64,000 nt of DNA from Ramazzottius varieornatus (Eukaryota > Animalia > Tardigrada). The translations under genes and the position numbers were made by a program. A model generated the notes under the pieces. It was not told the DNA's origin, did no database searches, and saw only the letters and a program-made list of their open reading frames with translations. Each line of letters starts with the position of its first letter. The first letter of the stretch is position 1. This document shows, one piece after another, positions 24,401 through 38,769 of this stretch. Location: positions 4,435,777 through 4,499,776 of the forward strand of contig BDGG01000004.1 in NCBI GenBank assembly GCA_001949185.1, given 5' to 3'.

Positions 24401-27400
24401 TTTACCTTACCTGCTTTTCTGCAGTGGCTGTTTGGTGCAAAAACATTCATTTTTTCATAGTCAAATGCCGGCACAGTTTTGTCCGCACTGCTGGAACGTT
24501 CGATAAAAAAAGTAGTATGAGAGTGTGGCTGGTGGTGCTGCTTTAGAAATTTCTCTGGCACTAATTTCACCTGCTGGAGATGCATAGAAGATGACCTCTT
24601 AATGATACTCTCGTAATTGCTGTATGTTATGACATTTTGGGCAGTTTCCCTCCTCACTGAGATGACTTGTACGTGAAATCTCTGACGTCACTGGCAAAAA
24701 CCAAAGTTACATCTTCTGAAATGCGCCCGTGTTATGAAGAGATCCCTTGGGTGAATAGTGTGACACGGGATAAATTTTAGGTCACAAATTTGGTGATTGG
24801 TCTTCATCACTTGGCGCACCAAGTTGTTTCCTTGAGCTGTCGTTTGTTTGGTTCGCAAGATTGAGTATGTGGTTGACAGGAGCTCGCTCGGATCTTTGAG
24901 CATTGACGGACAAGCGAACTCTATAAAACAAGCAGGGCTTGACAAGTCGACATGCATATTTTTGCTAGATTGGGTAAACGCTTCGGTGATATCCTTCGAA
25001 GTAACAAACAGCAGTCCGGCACGCACTCTCATCAATTCTGAAATCATCTACCCAAGATAGGCTAGAATACCAAACATGCAAGCTTGGGCAATGCAGCCCC
25101 AAGTATGTGATTAAGTGATAAGATGGTGGGATCACAACCTCGGACAATCCTAGCCTCGGATGTAGGAAGAGCTAGGTCAGGTCTTGCCTTTTCCCTGTTT
25201 TGTGTGTCAGCGGCTGAACTGCTAAAGGCTTAAAGTAGGCACAATCTGTCAAATGCAGCATGTGCTCTAGCTCCAATTGTAAAATGTTCTCAAATTCCAT
25301 TCCCTAATATTTGTAGGCAGATCACGTTCGCTCGTCAAACCTACCACCGGCTTGGCTGTCTCCCATCTGTAAACACTCTCTATTCCCCCAGAAAGTTTCA
25401 TCAAAGTAATTCTTCTACGATATTTCCAAATGTTTGCTGGTACCAAAAATGGGAGCTGGGCAAATTAATTCGCCCAGATTGTTTTCGCAAGTGACGCACG
25501 GCTGCAGCCAAGTAGAACGAGAACATGCGCCACTTGATATGACAATCTGGTTCAATCCATTTGTCCAGCCCCCAAATATTTTTGGAACTTCCGACAAAGA
25601 GCAGAAACTCGGTCAGCTCTGTACCGGTGTTCTAGGTCTAGACTCGTGAATTAGGCAAACGTGTTGTGGAATTTGCATGAATAATGAGGAGGAGACTTTC
25701 TCAAGCGGTTGTAAAGTCGGCCAGAAACATGTCTGTATTTGGCTTGGTTCTTGGCTGCCGGTTAACGTTCAGCTGTTAAGCGTCCATGTCAACTTTAAAG
25801 TGGCGAAAGAGTATGCTTGTCTGCATCCTTAAGCCGGGTCCAAGTATGAGGCAATTGAGCAATTGCTATCACTTTAACGATGTTTGTTCATGTCGTCCTC
25901 ATTAAAAAATGGTCACTGTAGCAATCCTCCCCTAACGTCACTGATCTCCAGGGAAGATGCCTTATCCGGACGGGCGACAACGCCCAGCAATCGAAATCTG
26001 TCGTGTTTGTCTACCACAAAGATACAGATCGATATGACGCATTTATTGGCATCTACTCCCACACGCAAAAAGTTGAATATTCATTATCTTTATTTATGAA
26101 GTGTCTTTGTCGTTTCCGGTGAATCCAGTTGTCAATCGAAAATCTCTAGTTTGAGTGGGGCAAAGGATATCTTGCCGAAAAACTAACGCCATGAATAAGA
26201 TATGTTGAGACCATAGATCGGTTCATGGGTAAGTGAGGGTCGAAGGTTCCCCGCTGTGTAGGGGTTCCTCAGGGCGGTTCTGTCCACTGTGCGTTGCCAC
26301 CAAAAGCCTAATATCCCGGTCCGATAATCTGGTCATTTCCTGCAGAGCAGCAATATTACGCTTGTTAAATATTTATCAACTAATATCTGTTTCTTTTCCT
26401 TGCAGTGGTTCTCCTCGATACAACGCAAGAAGCGCAACTAGGATGGATCAAGCAGCCTCCTTCCGATGTCTCACTCCAAACACAGGGTGTAAGTGCTCGA
26501 GCACTCTCTCATCTACGAACTTTCTCGTTGTGCAGCACCAGTCTTCCCCCTCTGGCTCAACTATCGCCTGTTGAGAGCCTTACGCACAGACGTACACAGG
26601 AAAACGAGCAGTTTAATTCCGTGGTCAGAGTTGCGGAATAATGAAGGCTCGAGCGTCGTTCCGTAATGATGGGAACGAGGCGTCATGGCGAAGATCCGCC
26701 ATGACTTGTACTCATTTTGGATCGCAGAGAGACTGGCTAAATCGTTCGATTATCAACTGGATACGTGCCAGTAATTCTCAAAGAGCGCTTTCGCTTCATA
26801 GCCAAGATATTATTCATAATCGCTAAATCGCACATTCCCTCCCGTCCCTCCTCATACTGTATTGTGCAACCGTCCTGCTGGATCTGACTCCACGCCACGT
26901 TTGTTGCATATTCTCAATGAAGTCTCAATGGCCTTTGCCCACATTATCGAAATTATTGCATATTCACCCCACTCTAGTATGAAAAGGATAAAATCTAGCT
27001 AGCAATTGCAAGGTCGCAAGCCTTCTTCTTTGTGGTAAACCCTGCCGACTGACCCATGAAGGCGACAGGAAGGAAGCAAACCTCCAGCCGAACGAACACT
27101 GAATGTGCTACGCTTGTGTGGTCGTTGCAACTCTTCTGCCCTCACGCCTTCTATCCTGGCCGGAACGCACAGTTCCACCCCCGAAATTCCTGAGGAATCT
27201 GTTCGTCTCACACTTAAAGTTGAATGTCGAGTAGGAAAAGGTACCCATTTCAAGTCATTCAGAAATAACACCGAGAGGGGGCTCCGATAATCTAGCTTTT
27301 CATTTTCGAGGACGTGAATTTCTTGACAGGAGGACGCATCACGCGATCATTCGTACCTGGCTCCCGAAGCCTTTTAGGAACATGGCGGCATGTGGTTCAG

Positions 27401-30400
27401 CTAATGGCAGGATGACAACCTCTGGAAACTGCTCTCGAGCCGAATTATTACTAGCCATACCGGCATAATTGGCCTAGATTGAGTCTTTCAGCCTTATTCA
27501 GCCCTATGGCCGAACTTGACACAAACACAATATCGGGTTCAATCGTCATAAGCAAAAAGTATTTGTCGTCTGACAAACTAAAGGGATGCAGCCATCATCC
27601 AGGTTTACTGAGGCAATCGACGTATTTCAGCACTGAGCGAAAGGCATGGAGCAAATTGACTGTCAATCAGCACGCTTCCCTTATAGCTGACAAAGAGCTC
27701 CTCCGTTACAGCGAGGCCGACGATCGGATCGCCAGCGAGGTGTGAAAGTTTGAACTGCGCAATTTTATGCGGGCACAGAAAAGGGATTATACGTCTGCAG
27801 CTGATGCGGCTATTGATGTCTTTTCTTGAGCTGCATCTATTTGCTCAGGTATATCCAAGAACCTCTTTCTTCCTTTCAACCTTCGCTCGCTGGCATGCAG
27901 GGATAATAGGATTGTCATTGATTTCCGCTTTCTTTGCACCTTCAGGAATTCAATTCAGCCGAACATGGGGGCTTTCTTCGACGCTTACGTGACTGCAAAA
28001 TCTGGTCAAGAATCAAGAGGCAGGAAAAAATCCATGAGGGAAGTGGAGCGGTCGGATTTCCGACGCTAATACCCTCTGCGCGCGTGTTGGTCGAGGAAGC
28101 ATGTTCGTCAGACAGGCTGAAATGATCCCTTCTCCAATGACAGGCAAACGTGCAGCCTGTGTGTATAGGAGACTTGTTTGTCAGAAATGTGTAGTGACAG
28201 GAATTTATTCCATCACGGCCAGATAGCCGTGCATGTGGAACGAAGGGAGCAAGGATTAGGTACAAAATTAGAAATGCACCGGCTCAAGTCGACGAAAAGT
28301 CAAAATTTATTCTGGCTTCAGCGTTAAGAATCTGCTTTTGTGGTTGACATGCGCCTCTCCCTACAGGGCCAATTCTAGATGCCGGTCGGAAATGTGGAGA
28401 AGGAAGCGAGCCAGCTTGGGAATATGAGCTGCTTTAGAATAATAAATGATCGGTTCAGTCTGCAACTTTTAGTGACAGGTTCGAGGTGGTGAAAGTAACC
28501 GGGATGGCCGTTGCGTGCTTTTTATCCAGTTGACCATGACCACCATCGTTCTGCTTGTTCGCACTGCCCAAGCTAAGTGGACATTGTGCTACTTGAAATG
28601 CGCCAGCTGTCGACAGTTTAGCTCGGACGGATACGTCGTGGATTCCGAGGGTACTTCGTGATGGCCTATACTTCCTTGTCACAAGTACCGAAAGTGGAGG
28701 GCAGATATTGGAAATTGACTTGTTGAAAAAATTAATATTGAGCGGGCTGAACTCAGAGTGGAAGTTGGAAGATTCATGTTGCTGAATTAATTACAAAGAC
28801 ATGCGATAGACAATTGTGTGCGCGGAAGAGCGAGATTTATGCCGGTGATGAACATATTGCAGTGTTCAGTCAATATTGACTGACCATCTTGAAATTGTTT
28901 CAGGACAGAATATTGCTGGCTGTAGTTGACCGATGGCCAGTGGTTATTGTCTCCCTCATTGTTCACTGCAGCTCTTGTATTTGCTTAGCATTGCATGAGG
29001 TTTCCATACTAAGCGGCTTACAACGGTTGAAACAGCTTTTCTACACATGTTTGAACGAAGTTCAAGCTCGACTTCCGGGCTAAACCAGTTATTGCTTTCC
29101 CCCGTGTCAGACTGTAACCATGGACAGACCCCGCTTCCCATCGTTCGTCGAGCAATTGGGATAGTGCTGAAACACTTAATGACATATAAACTCAGCCAGC
29201 TTAAACCGAATCGCCTTTGATTGCACTGTTGATGAAAAAAAACTGGTGCCAGATTACGCCGGCGATTAACAGGCCCTTATAGTCCGGAAACAGAAACATC
29301 AGAAAATGAGGCACTTAACAAGACTCGACCTTTTGTAACCGCGAACAAGCGCTTATTTCACTCTCGAATACTGCTGAATTTCCTGATGCAGGGGGAAAAT
29401 TGGTGCATTGACTGAGTGGTTTCCATCGATTAAAACATGATGTAAAAATGGGTATCTGAATGTTAATGGGTGTTTGTTTTTTCAAGTGGCTGGAGGAAAG
29501 CTATACGCATTTTGAGCATGGGATCAACTGGCGCTCTTATGTGGCCTGTGACGTGGCCTACGATAACGTCAACAACTGGCTGTGGACCCCCTTTGTCCCA
29601 CGCCAAGAGGCTAACCGCCTCTTCATCGAAATCAAGTTCAGCATGCGGGACTGCTCCTTCTTCCCGGGACAGGTGCGCTCGTGCAAGGAGACCTTCTCCC
29701 TCTTGTCTCACGAAGTCATGGAGGACACTGGTCGCTCGCGACCTCCTGCTGATGCCGATGCTTATACCCTCGTTGATCGCATCGCCGCGGACAAGGGCCG
29801 CTTTACCTCCAACAACGATATGGTTTGTTCAGTCCACATCCAAATAAACTAAATTAGTATACGATTAGGAATGAAGGTTGTTTGGCTCGTAGGTGACCAA
29901 CACGGAAGTGCGCGACATTCCGCTGACCAAAGGTTCGAAAGGTGTCTACTTTGCCTTCCAAGACCAAGGTGCCTGCATATCGGTCTTGGCCATCAAGGTT
30001 TACTATATCACCTGCCCCAACGTCACCATAAACTCGGCGACGTTTCCGGAGACGCCCACCGGCACCGATGTCAGTTCGCTGGTGGCGACCTTCGGCCAGT
30101 GTCTGCCCAACTCGGTGCAGATTGAACCGCCAAAGTACCTGTGCAAGAGCGATGGGTCGTGGGACTACATGGTCGGCAGCTGTCAGTGCATGGCCGGAAC
30201 GGAGAAGGTCCAGAACGCTTGTCGAAGTAAGTGTCTTGCAGTTCAGTGTAACCTTGACGGTAGTATTCAAATGGCGGGAGAGGTGGATAATTGGGAGGGG
30301 GGGTTAAAGACTGGCCTCAGGTGCATAGTGGCGTCGATAGTCCAAAGTGCTGATGGCCAAGCGTCAGAAAGGTGAAGGTGCAAGGCGTACCACCTGCATC

Positions 30401-33400
30401 GATAAGGAGGCATAATTGCTCGGGTATTGACAGTTTCCATGATATATGGAAGCAACCCAGTCGATATACGATACCGTTTAGCTCTTAAACCAATTTGGAT
30501 TTTCCAACGATTAAAATGCCTTCGTACCAACGCAGGATAGGCAAGTTTGAAAACTTGATCGAGCTCCCACAACCAAGGTGTCAGAGGTTAGTTGAATATT
30601 AGTCGGGATCACACGATCGAAAATGCCAATCGTCCAACTCGACCTGCTCTAGATTCGTACTACGCAAAATTCTAAATGCGCGATAGGTTGTATTTGGGAT
30701 CCGGGCAAATAAATTCGAGAAAATCGTTTCCCAAGTAGCGCACGCTCCCAGCCAACAACAACGAAAACATGTGCCACCTGGAACCGAATCGACAAGATCG
30801 GTTTGCCTAGTGGCGCATTCTCCCAGCGAATAACACCGAGAACGTGCGCCACTTGATGAGAGATTTTTTCAAGTTTAGCTGCCGAGATCCCGGTCGACGG
30901 AAGTGTGCTCTGAAGTCTTGTCACGCGACTTTGATCGCTTTGATTTGAGGGCATTAATATGTTTTCTTTACGGAGTGCGAGAGGTTTTCTTTTGGCGGCC
31001 TTCTGAAGCGATATTGGCCACACTCTAGTGGCTATTTATGTTGCCATGTATTGACATCGTCTACCGATCGGCGATTGACCAGTCTTGGAGGTTTAATGGG
31101 AAAATACTATCGTGTGTTATCCTAAATATAGAGGAGCCAGTCCGTATTATGATGATAATAGTCTGACCCATAAATATGGGCGGCTTTTCAAATGGAAAGT
31201 TGAGTGTGAGTGAATCACAGAGGCTCTTGCTTTCTTCTTTTGAGGTGTTGATTGAGCCACTGAGCTAGCACAAGGAAAAACAAACACAAAAGCGGTATAT
31301 TATACGACCTACATCTTCTTTGTCATAGAGCCAAGCTCTCTTTGACAAAGTGCAATATATTTAACGGTAATTATGATCGACAACCACCGTAATGCGACGT
31401 CGCGCGCGCTGACCGACACCAACATTGCACAGTTTCTTTCACCAACTGTGTTTTTTCCATAACAAAGTTAAGTACTTCAAGTACTCGAACCGGCGCAAGT
31501 TCACTGTCTTTTTCCGCATGCCCTTAATGGTCTTGCTGAACAAACTGCCGTCAGGAACGACAATTAAACACAGCGTGTCGACAGATTGCCGGCAGGGAAC
31601 CCACCACAGCTGTTATCCACCCACTTTGAAAAGCACCAGAATTTTCCATAAAATGTTTCCAGCAACATGGTGTATTACTTCAGCTTTTCTTCTTCACCAA
31701 AATTTATACATTCAATGCCAGGTTTCACTTTGGTGTCTCTTCCGCGTATTGAGAGGAGCAATAGGGATTCCACGGTATGCTGGGCTTATACTGTGAGAGA
31801 CGGCAGATTGTAGCCCGAGGTTGTGCTGGCGCATTTATCGATGCTTCAGCTAGCCACTTTAGTTTCACTTTCGCCTAACTTCCTTTGGCTGAGACTTTGG
31901 GCAGCAAACACCAGCGAAAGGGCAGACGGTAGCCGATGGGCCAACTGTTCGATAACGAGGCTTGCTTGTGCCGCACGTCTACAGGTGAAACGATATCGCA
32001 CTTGGCCATCGCCCATCAGCGAGGACTGAACCTACATCCGTTTTCCTTGTCCAGCAAAAGTCAGGCTTACAGCAGAGAAGTGCATACATATATCACTGCA
32101 TATATACTGGGCGATGCGTATCGATTTAGGCAAGTGGCTGGAGGTTCGTGATGGTGGCTAGCTAGCTATAGGAGGTGACTGGCCGCACCGTCCATCTTTG
32201 CCGTGATATATCGATGGCACAAAATATTCGAAAGCTAAAGATTGTCATCAAGGCCAAAAGGTTGTTTTCACCTGTCTTGAAGACCGTCTGGCGGAGATGG
32301 ATGGTCAAGGTAGTACGAAGGTGCGTCAAAAATCCAAGGTGTAATTTATAACAAAAGTGGCAGCTTAATTATATGCAGGACAGGCCGTGTCGTTCAAGTG
32401 TGGTGTGGTGGGGTTTAAGCTGGGCCATTCCTATTTGACCGATACTCTGTTAGTTCCGTGATGAGAGTTCGGTGATTGCGACATTATAACGATGGCATTA
32501 GCATACAATAGGGGCGTAGAATTTCAAGGGGGGACGTCTTGTCTCATTTTGGCCCGAGTGGACCATCTGCATGATGAGAATAGCCAAGTGTGAGAAAGAA
32601 TGGCGAAAAGGGGATTACCATTGAGCATATTCCCTTGTCATTCCTCCTTTAGTTCTTGTGAAGAACGCGGATTAAAACTACCCCACAATTAACGCGTAGG
32701 GGAAGACTTCTCGTTATCTCCCGCCCATACAAAACATAACTTAATTTACTGTCTTTTGCAATCATGCGTAACCGGCTTAAGATGATGTAGTCGGTTTGCT
32801 CACGCATACGCAGCATCGATCGAAGAAATTTCTTGAACAAGGGCCGGAAAAGGTCATTCGTTTGATGCCTGCTGATGCGTTAATTTTCTAGCGGCAATAA
32901 CGGAGAGTGAGCTTAGTGAGGTTTCTGGAGCACACCAAAGCCCGGGAAATATACTCCTGGTAATATGGGCGCTCGACTGTGGTCTCGAATGCCAATATGG
33001 ACGGGAAGGAAAAGGAAGCTTGTGGATATAGTTGGTTGAGTTCAGTTGGAAAAAGGATTGTCGAATGAATCGGAGGGTCATTTGGGCATATAGAAATTAC
33101 ACACGCTTGGTTGCCAATTCACACTTCCTCCTTTCCCTTCCCTTTATTCTACAGGGAGATTGCACTTATGGGTAAATCGAAGTGACCTTCCATCTACGGT
33201 CGAAATCAGGTCACAATCAAGCTTGGGACATTTACAATGACAAATTCAGGCATCAAACAAGGAACGGGAATCAGAGCAAACACACGACGTTGACGGGACT
33301 TCTTTCGGGATAATGATATAGTCGGGGCTAGTTACTTTCGGAATATGTGTCGACAAGAGGGAGCCACTAGGGAACAAACGTGTCAAGACCACTCATCTAG

Positions 33401-36400
33401 CCTCCATTTTCCCGTTGAGTCGTCGGTCACTGTATAATTTGGAGATCTTATTGATTGGTTTTCATGAATATGCTTATAATGGAGGGAAATGCCCCGTGGA
33501 AACAAGGAGGCTATCCAGGACGCATAATTGCAACCTCCACATAATTGAGTTCTAATCGAAGGAAGAGGCCAGCTTGATTCCCGTGGGAGATGTCAGAATA
33601 AGGCAAATATCGCAATGACGCTGACGACGTCCAGACTTCAAATTTACACTATTGGTAATTAAATCATGACAACAAGAGCTCTTCTCAGGTCTTCAGTCCT
33701 CTCCTTCAAGCATTATCGTTTTCTCAGGAACTCCACGCGAAACCTTTCAGAGAAATTTTCGTGCATGTCGCAATATGGAAATGCAATGTGGATGATATTT
33801 CGGACGAGGATATCGCCAGCTAGGATGTTGGAAGCTCGGCAATCTCGACCAGATTGCTTTCCCAACTGGCGCACGCTAACAGACCATAACACTAAAAAAT
33901 GCGTCACTTTGCGAAATGATCTGTGGGATAGTTTGCCGGCCTTCCAACGAAAAGTGGGTGTAACACTGAAGGAACGGGCTTGAGGAAACACGGGATTAGG
34001 CTTGGTCGGGACACCGGTGACGGCAATATGATCTGGGGGAGGAAATAATCGAAATACTGGTCGTCACTCTGTTCTGCTTTCTGGGCTATGATAATGGTTG
34101 TGGCTGCATAGTTAGACAGCGATAATTGTGAAATAGCAAGGGCTTTTGGTTAGAGAAATTAGATCGCCGGTCGTCGCGGCATTGTACGGCTGAAGAGGCT
34201 GCAGCTGGCTTCCGTTAGAGCGATACTGTAATTTTGCAGCCATTTTCCTCCAGCTCGCGAGACATTGGAATCTCGATGGGAAAGCGTAATATGAGGCCGC
34301 TAGTAACCACAACACCGGCATAACCAGCAGGCCCAGCACGCGACCATTGAAGTCAGGCAACCGGAAGTCAAATCTGTTCAAGTACCCTGCTTACCGTATA
34401 TGGCCCACTTTGACCGCTGACGATATGCCAAATCCAGCGAATATTCGAGGTCGTTCTGTCGGAAAACTGTATCAGTTGTAAGCCCTTAAAAGAAGTGTAG
34501 AATATCGTGTTGTTTGGCACGGAACTGGGTTTTGGGAGCGAACAACGTCGGCAAATGAATTCATTCAGGTCTATTCCTACGTGGCGCACGCTCGAGGCCA
34601 GCAACAACAGAAATGTGCGCCACTTGATGTAAGGATCTGGGTGATAATCGTTTGCCGACGTCCGAAACAACGGATACGGCTCAAGTGTTCATTACGATTT
34701 ATGCCCCGCTGAGATTCTTGAGGTAACTGTAGACTTTGTAAAAGTTGTCAACTGTGCATTCTTTTGAAATGGGATAGGAAGGGGGTCCGAATACTCTTCT
34801 TCGGTTGGCAAAACGCAGTAATTACGCGCCCTTCTTCGTTCCTTGTTTAAGCATCTGTGCTGGTGGACAGTCAGACGGTCTTGGTGGACAGTGCTGAGAA
34901 GAGGAAGCACCGTCTCGAACATGATGGTCCAGAGTAAACAAAAGATTCTCCAAAATTGCATTGCTCCATGTTTTGATTGTTGTCCGATACGGCCACGGAT
35001 GGCCAGCGGATGCTTGTGGCTACCACGATAACGTTTCCAGTATGCTATATGGCCCCGTATGGATAACACAGAGAAGAGGCGCTAGGTCAAATGTCAGGGC
35101 AAATTTAGCGGAACCTGTCCACTCCATTTACCGTATATTTTTCTTTGGGTATGTCTCTTGTTGTGACAGTCGGCCATCTTTAAAGTGCTCACATTCTTTT
35201 GGCGGCGCATTGGCAATTTTTCCACAAAGTTAATGTAAGTAAAGTTGACCGGTATTAGTGACCGAAGAGATCGGCTGAAAGTTGTAATGGATGCGCCGTC
35301 TTGCGATCAGATATCGGATTTTGAAACTCTGTAATTAAGATGGTCAGTTGGCTTGCCCAAAGTTCATCTCCGCAGGGAGAGCAAGAGCGGCGCATGACTC
35401 TAATCTGCTGCTACCAAACAGAGATAAGATGTCTTGGGCAGTTAAAGCGAGCTGAAGGAGATAGCTGTCACTGACAGCACCGGAAAAGCGTCCAGAAGGT
35501 CCCATCGTAAAGTGGCGCTAAATTGCACTGGAGCTCCTCCGTGATTTCTTGGACACTTGATTTTCTGCCTGCAAGGGTTGTTGTCATCCTTCTTCCCTAG
35601 TTAAAAGGTAGTGAAGCATGTTGTTGACAAGACGGCTCGAGGTTCTGTCTCCCGTCAGCACTTGACAGTCCGGGCTGGACGTTGATCTCTTTCCCGCTCG
35701 ATAAGAGCTGTAACTTTACAGTCGTTTCCGCTTCCTTAATGAACGTACTCCTCATCCTCTTCCTTCTGCTTTACAGTGTGTCCAGCGGGTAAATTCAAGC
35801 CTGACATTGGCGATGTCTCGTGCGTTGATTGCCCGGACTTTAGCCTGTCCAATTCCCCCGGCTCCGCTGAATGTCGCTGCCGGAAGAACTACTTCCGGGC
35901 GCCTTTTGACTCCAGAAATATGCCGTGCTCCCGTAAGTGTGGCTGCTTGATCAAAAACTTTTCTATTACACTTCTCAACATACACTTCGGTCTACAGAAC
36001 CTCCCAGTGCTCCGCAAAACATAACGGTCCTCGACTTTGATCAGACTTCGGTGACACTACGGTGGAAGGCTCCCAAGAGCCTAGGCGGAAGGACCGACTT
36101 GACCTACAGAATAGGCTGTGACATCTGCGACAGCGCTGTGGTCTACAGCCCTAGCCAAGGAGGAACCAACTCCAGCACCATGAAGATCAGCGGCTTGAAG
36201 GCCAACACCAACTATGGCTTCACCATCTATGCCGAGAACGGTGTGTCGGAAATGAGCCAAGATGTGCGGTATGAACGCATCACTGTCTCCACCGCCGACA
36301 GCGCACCCGGTAAGTTCCTTCATGGGTTTCCCCTCAAACCATATTATTGACGATGGTCCTCTTTCTAGTCGACAGCTCTGTTCGGCTGAACGTCCAAGCC

Positions 36401-38769
36401 GACTACCTGGGGGAGAACCGCATCCGTCTAACGTACCGTCCGGTCTTTAGCCTGGAGCAAGTCAACCTGTACGAGATTCAGTATGGCGTGGTCGGTACCA
36501 AGAACACCTCCAACATCCTGACCAAGTCACCCACCATGATCTTTGATCCGTTGATCGCCAACTCGGAATACCAGTTCCGAGTTCGGGCACGGGTCGACAA
36601 CAACTGGGGAAGGTTCAGCGAGGCAGTGGCCGTCTTCACCCACGGCGACCCTGTAGCCGACAGCCAAGCACCCGGCGCTCAAATAGGTACGACATACCTG
36701 CAAGACCTGTATCTCAAGTGGCGCACGTTGTCGTTAATATTAGCTGTAGGTGTGCGCCACTTGAGATGTGCGCGATTTCCTACGCTTCCTTTGCCGGCCT
36801 TCCAGATCTGAACAGAGCCAACCATAATCCCCCTTCTGCTGTTTTCTAGGTATGATTGCCGGCATCACAGCAGCGCTGATCATGTGCGTCATTCTCTTTG
36901 GCATCATGTTCTACGTGTTGTGGAAGCGCAACAGCGACAACTGTGGCCGGAAACAAGCTTCGGACTGTGACACCCTAGAGTACCGTCACACCGAGCTGCC
37001 CTTCGACCAGTGCCACACGGCTCACTTGCCCATCAACCACGGCTTCCCTCACCTTCACCCCATGACTTTAGGTACACCCATCTACCGCTCGGGAGCCGCA
37101 CCACGGACCTACGTTGACCCTCACACCTACGAAGACCCCACACAGGCTTTTAAGGACTTTACGCGGGAACTGAACCCGGCCTTGATCCAGATTGACCAAG
37201 TCATCGGTGGAGGCGAGTTTGGCGATGTCTGCAAGGGAACACTGCTGTTGCCTAATCAGTGCTCGGTGGCGGTGGCCGTCAAGACTCTGAGCCAGAATGC
37301 CACCAGTGAGAAGGCCAAGGCCGATTTCTTGATGGAAGCCACCATCATGGGACAGTTTGACCACGTCAACGTCATATACTTACAAGGCATTGTCACGCAC
37401 CATTCCCCCGTTATGATTGTGACTGAGTACATGGAGAACGGCTCTTTAGACACTTTCTTGCGGGTACGTCGAAGCGTACCTGACTTGGGAAATTGGCGAA
37501 CAAACTCGACAAACCCCTTTTCTCGAGTGGCGCACTTTTACAGTATTATAGGCTGGAATTGTGCGCTGCTCAAAGTAACCTTGTACAGTTTGCTTGCCTA
37601 ATAAGTCCCCGTTACCCTTGAGTCTTCGGAGGCCAATTCTTTTTTTTGTCTTGTAGGCCAACCTTGGACAGTTTCAGTCGGTCCAGCTGGTACACATGCT
37701 GAGAGGAGTGGCTTCCGGCATGAACTACCTGGCTTCCCGCAATTACGTCCATCGGGTGCGAGTCGAGCTTTAGTTTCTACATTGAAGTTTTATTCACATA
37801 AGGATGAATAGACGCGTAACTGGTCTGGTTTGTCTTCGCAGGATTTGGCTGCCCGCAATGTTTTGGTCAACAAGCAGTTAGTCTGCAAGATTGCCGACTT
37901 TGGCCTGTCAAGAGAAATCGAGTCACGATGCGACGCGGCTTACACCACCAAGGTAAGACGACCTTAACCGTAAACATGGTTTCCCGGAAGTAGCTAACCA
38001 TGTCGTTTCTTCATCGTTTACAGGGTGGCAAGATTCCGGTGCGGTGGACAGCACCGGAAGCTATCGCCTTTCGCAAGTTCACCACCGCCTCGGACGTCTG
38101 GTCCTTCGGCGTAGTGTGCTGGGAAGTGCTATCTTACGGCGAGCGACCCTACTGGAACTGGTCCAACCAAGATGTCATCAAGTCCATTGAGCGAGGATAC
38201 CGACTCCCGCCTCCTGTTGTAAGTACCCAAAGTACCACCGAACATCACATACTTCAGTTTTTGTCAACCGCTGTTCTTTTGTCGTTTAGAACTGTCCTGA
38301 AACGGTGTACCAGCTAATGCTGGAATGCTGGCAACACGAGCTGATACAGCGACCTACCTTCGGACAGTGTCTGCGAGCGCTAGACAAAATGATCCGCTTT
38401 CCTTCTCAGTTGTCCCTGATAGCGCACAACAAGTAAGTTTTTGAAGAAGCCCCCTTTTAACTACGAAGTGTACCTTAACGGCTTCCATTTGCTTGTAGTC
38501 AATGGGACGACTCCTTTGGAGCATCTTCGCCGGACATGAACCCGTCTGTCACAGTGGAGAACTGGTTGACCAGTATCGGTCTGCCATGCTACACCAGCGT
38601 CTTTTGTAGTCAGATAGCCAGTGTGGAAGCCATTGCGCGCCTGACACCCGACGACCTAACGCGGATGGGCATCACCACGCCCTCGCACCAAAAGATCCTC
38701 CTGACATCCATACTGCATCTGCGCGAACACCTGGGTGCCAACACGGCCGAAGGAGGCTTCTTAGTCTGA
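18454..38769 (+). CDS. Eph: Eph receptor tyrosine kinase
   Basis: Exons 18454-18556 (signal peptide [23 protein letters not shown]), 26406-26488 ([13 protein letters not shown]), 29487-29822 and 29893-30226 (ephrin-binding domain, [15 protein letters not shown]), 35777-35932 (Cys-rich), 35998-36309 and 36369-36686 (FN3), 36850-37463 ([24 protein letters not shown]), 37657-37755, 37842-37952 (HRDLAARN, DFG), 38024-38218 ([10 protein letters not shown]), 38290-38432, 38499-38769 (SAM, C-terminal PDZ ligand FLV). All intron phases are compatible. The first exon is the least certain. Confidence 0.96.
18913..19034. repeat. Palindrome copy 7 (Eph intron 1), full length
   Basis: GGGACGTTGGCAAA...core 18949-18997...TTTGCCGACATCCC. 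Confidence 0.92.
23884..24004. repeat. Palindrome copy 8 (Eph intron 1)
   Basis: Core 23920-23967, 24-nt spacer, ends TTTGCCGACGTCCC. Confidence 0.9.
25451..25573. repeat. Palindrome copy 9 (Eph intron 1)
   Basis: Core 25488-25536, 25-nt spacer. Confidence 0.88.
30696..30892. repeat. Palindrome copies 10+11, tandem dimer (Eph intron 4)
   Basis: Cores 30732-30780 and 30807-30855, both with 25-nt spacers. Confidence 0.88.
33827..33947. repeat. Palindrome copy 12 (Eph intron 4)
   Basis: Core 33863-33910, 24-nt spacer. Confidence 0.8.
34542..34663. repeat. Palindrome copy 13 (Eph intron 4)
   Basis: Core 34578-34626; outer ACGTCGGCAAA/TTTGCCGACGT. Confidence 0.88.
36700..36800. repeat. Palindrome copy 14 (Eph intron 7)
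   Basis: ATCTCAAGTGGCGCAC-N25-GTGCGCCACTTGAGAT, core 36715-36763. Confidence 0.92.
37487..37610. repeat. Palindrome copy 15 (Eph intron 8)
   Basis: Core 37524-37572, GAGTGGCGCAC/GTGCGCTGCTC, 25-nt spacer. Confidence 0.82.

Noticed and set aside
19900-28700. Short ORFs within the large Eph introns as nested genes or retroelement relics
   Set aside because: No RT, integrase or other domain motifs recognised, and lengths are consistent with chance.
34692-35069. ORF with hydrophobic start and RRR site resembling a peptide precursor nested in an Eph intron
   Set aside because: No recognisable peptide motif and no clear splice or Kozak support.
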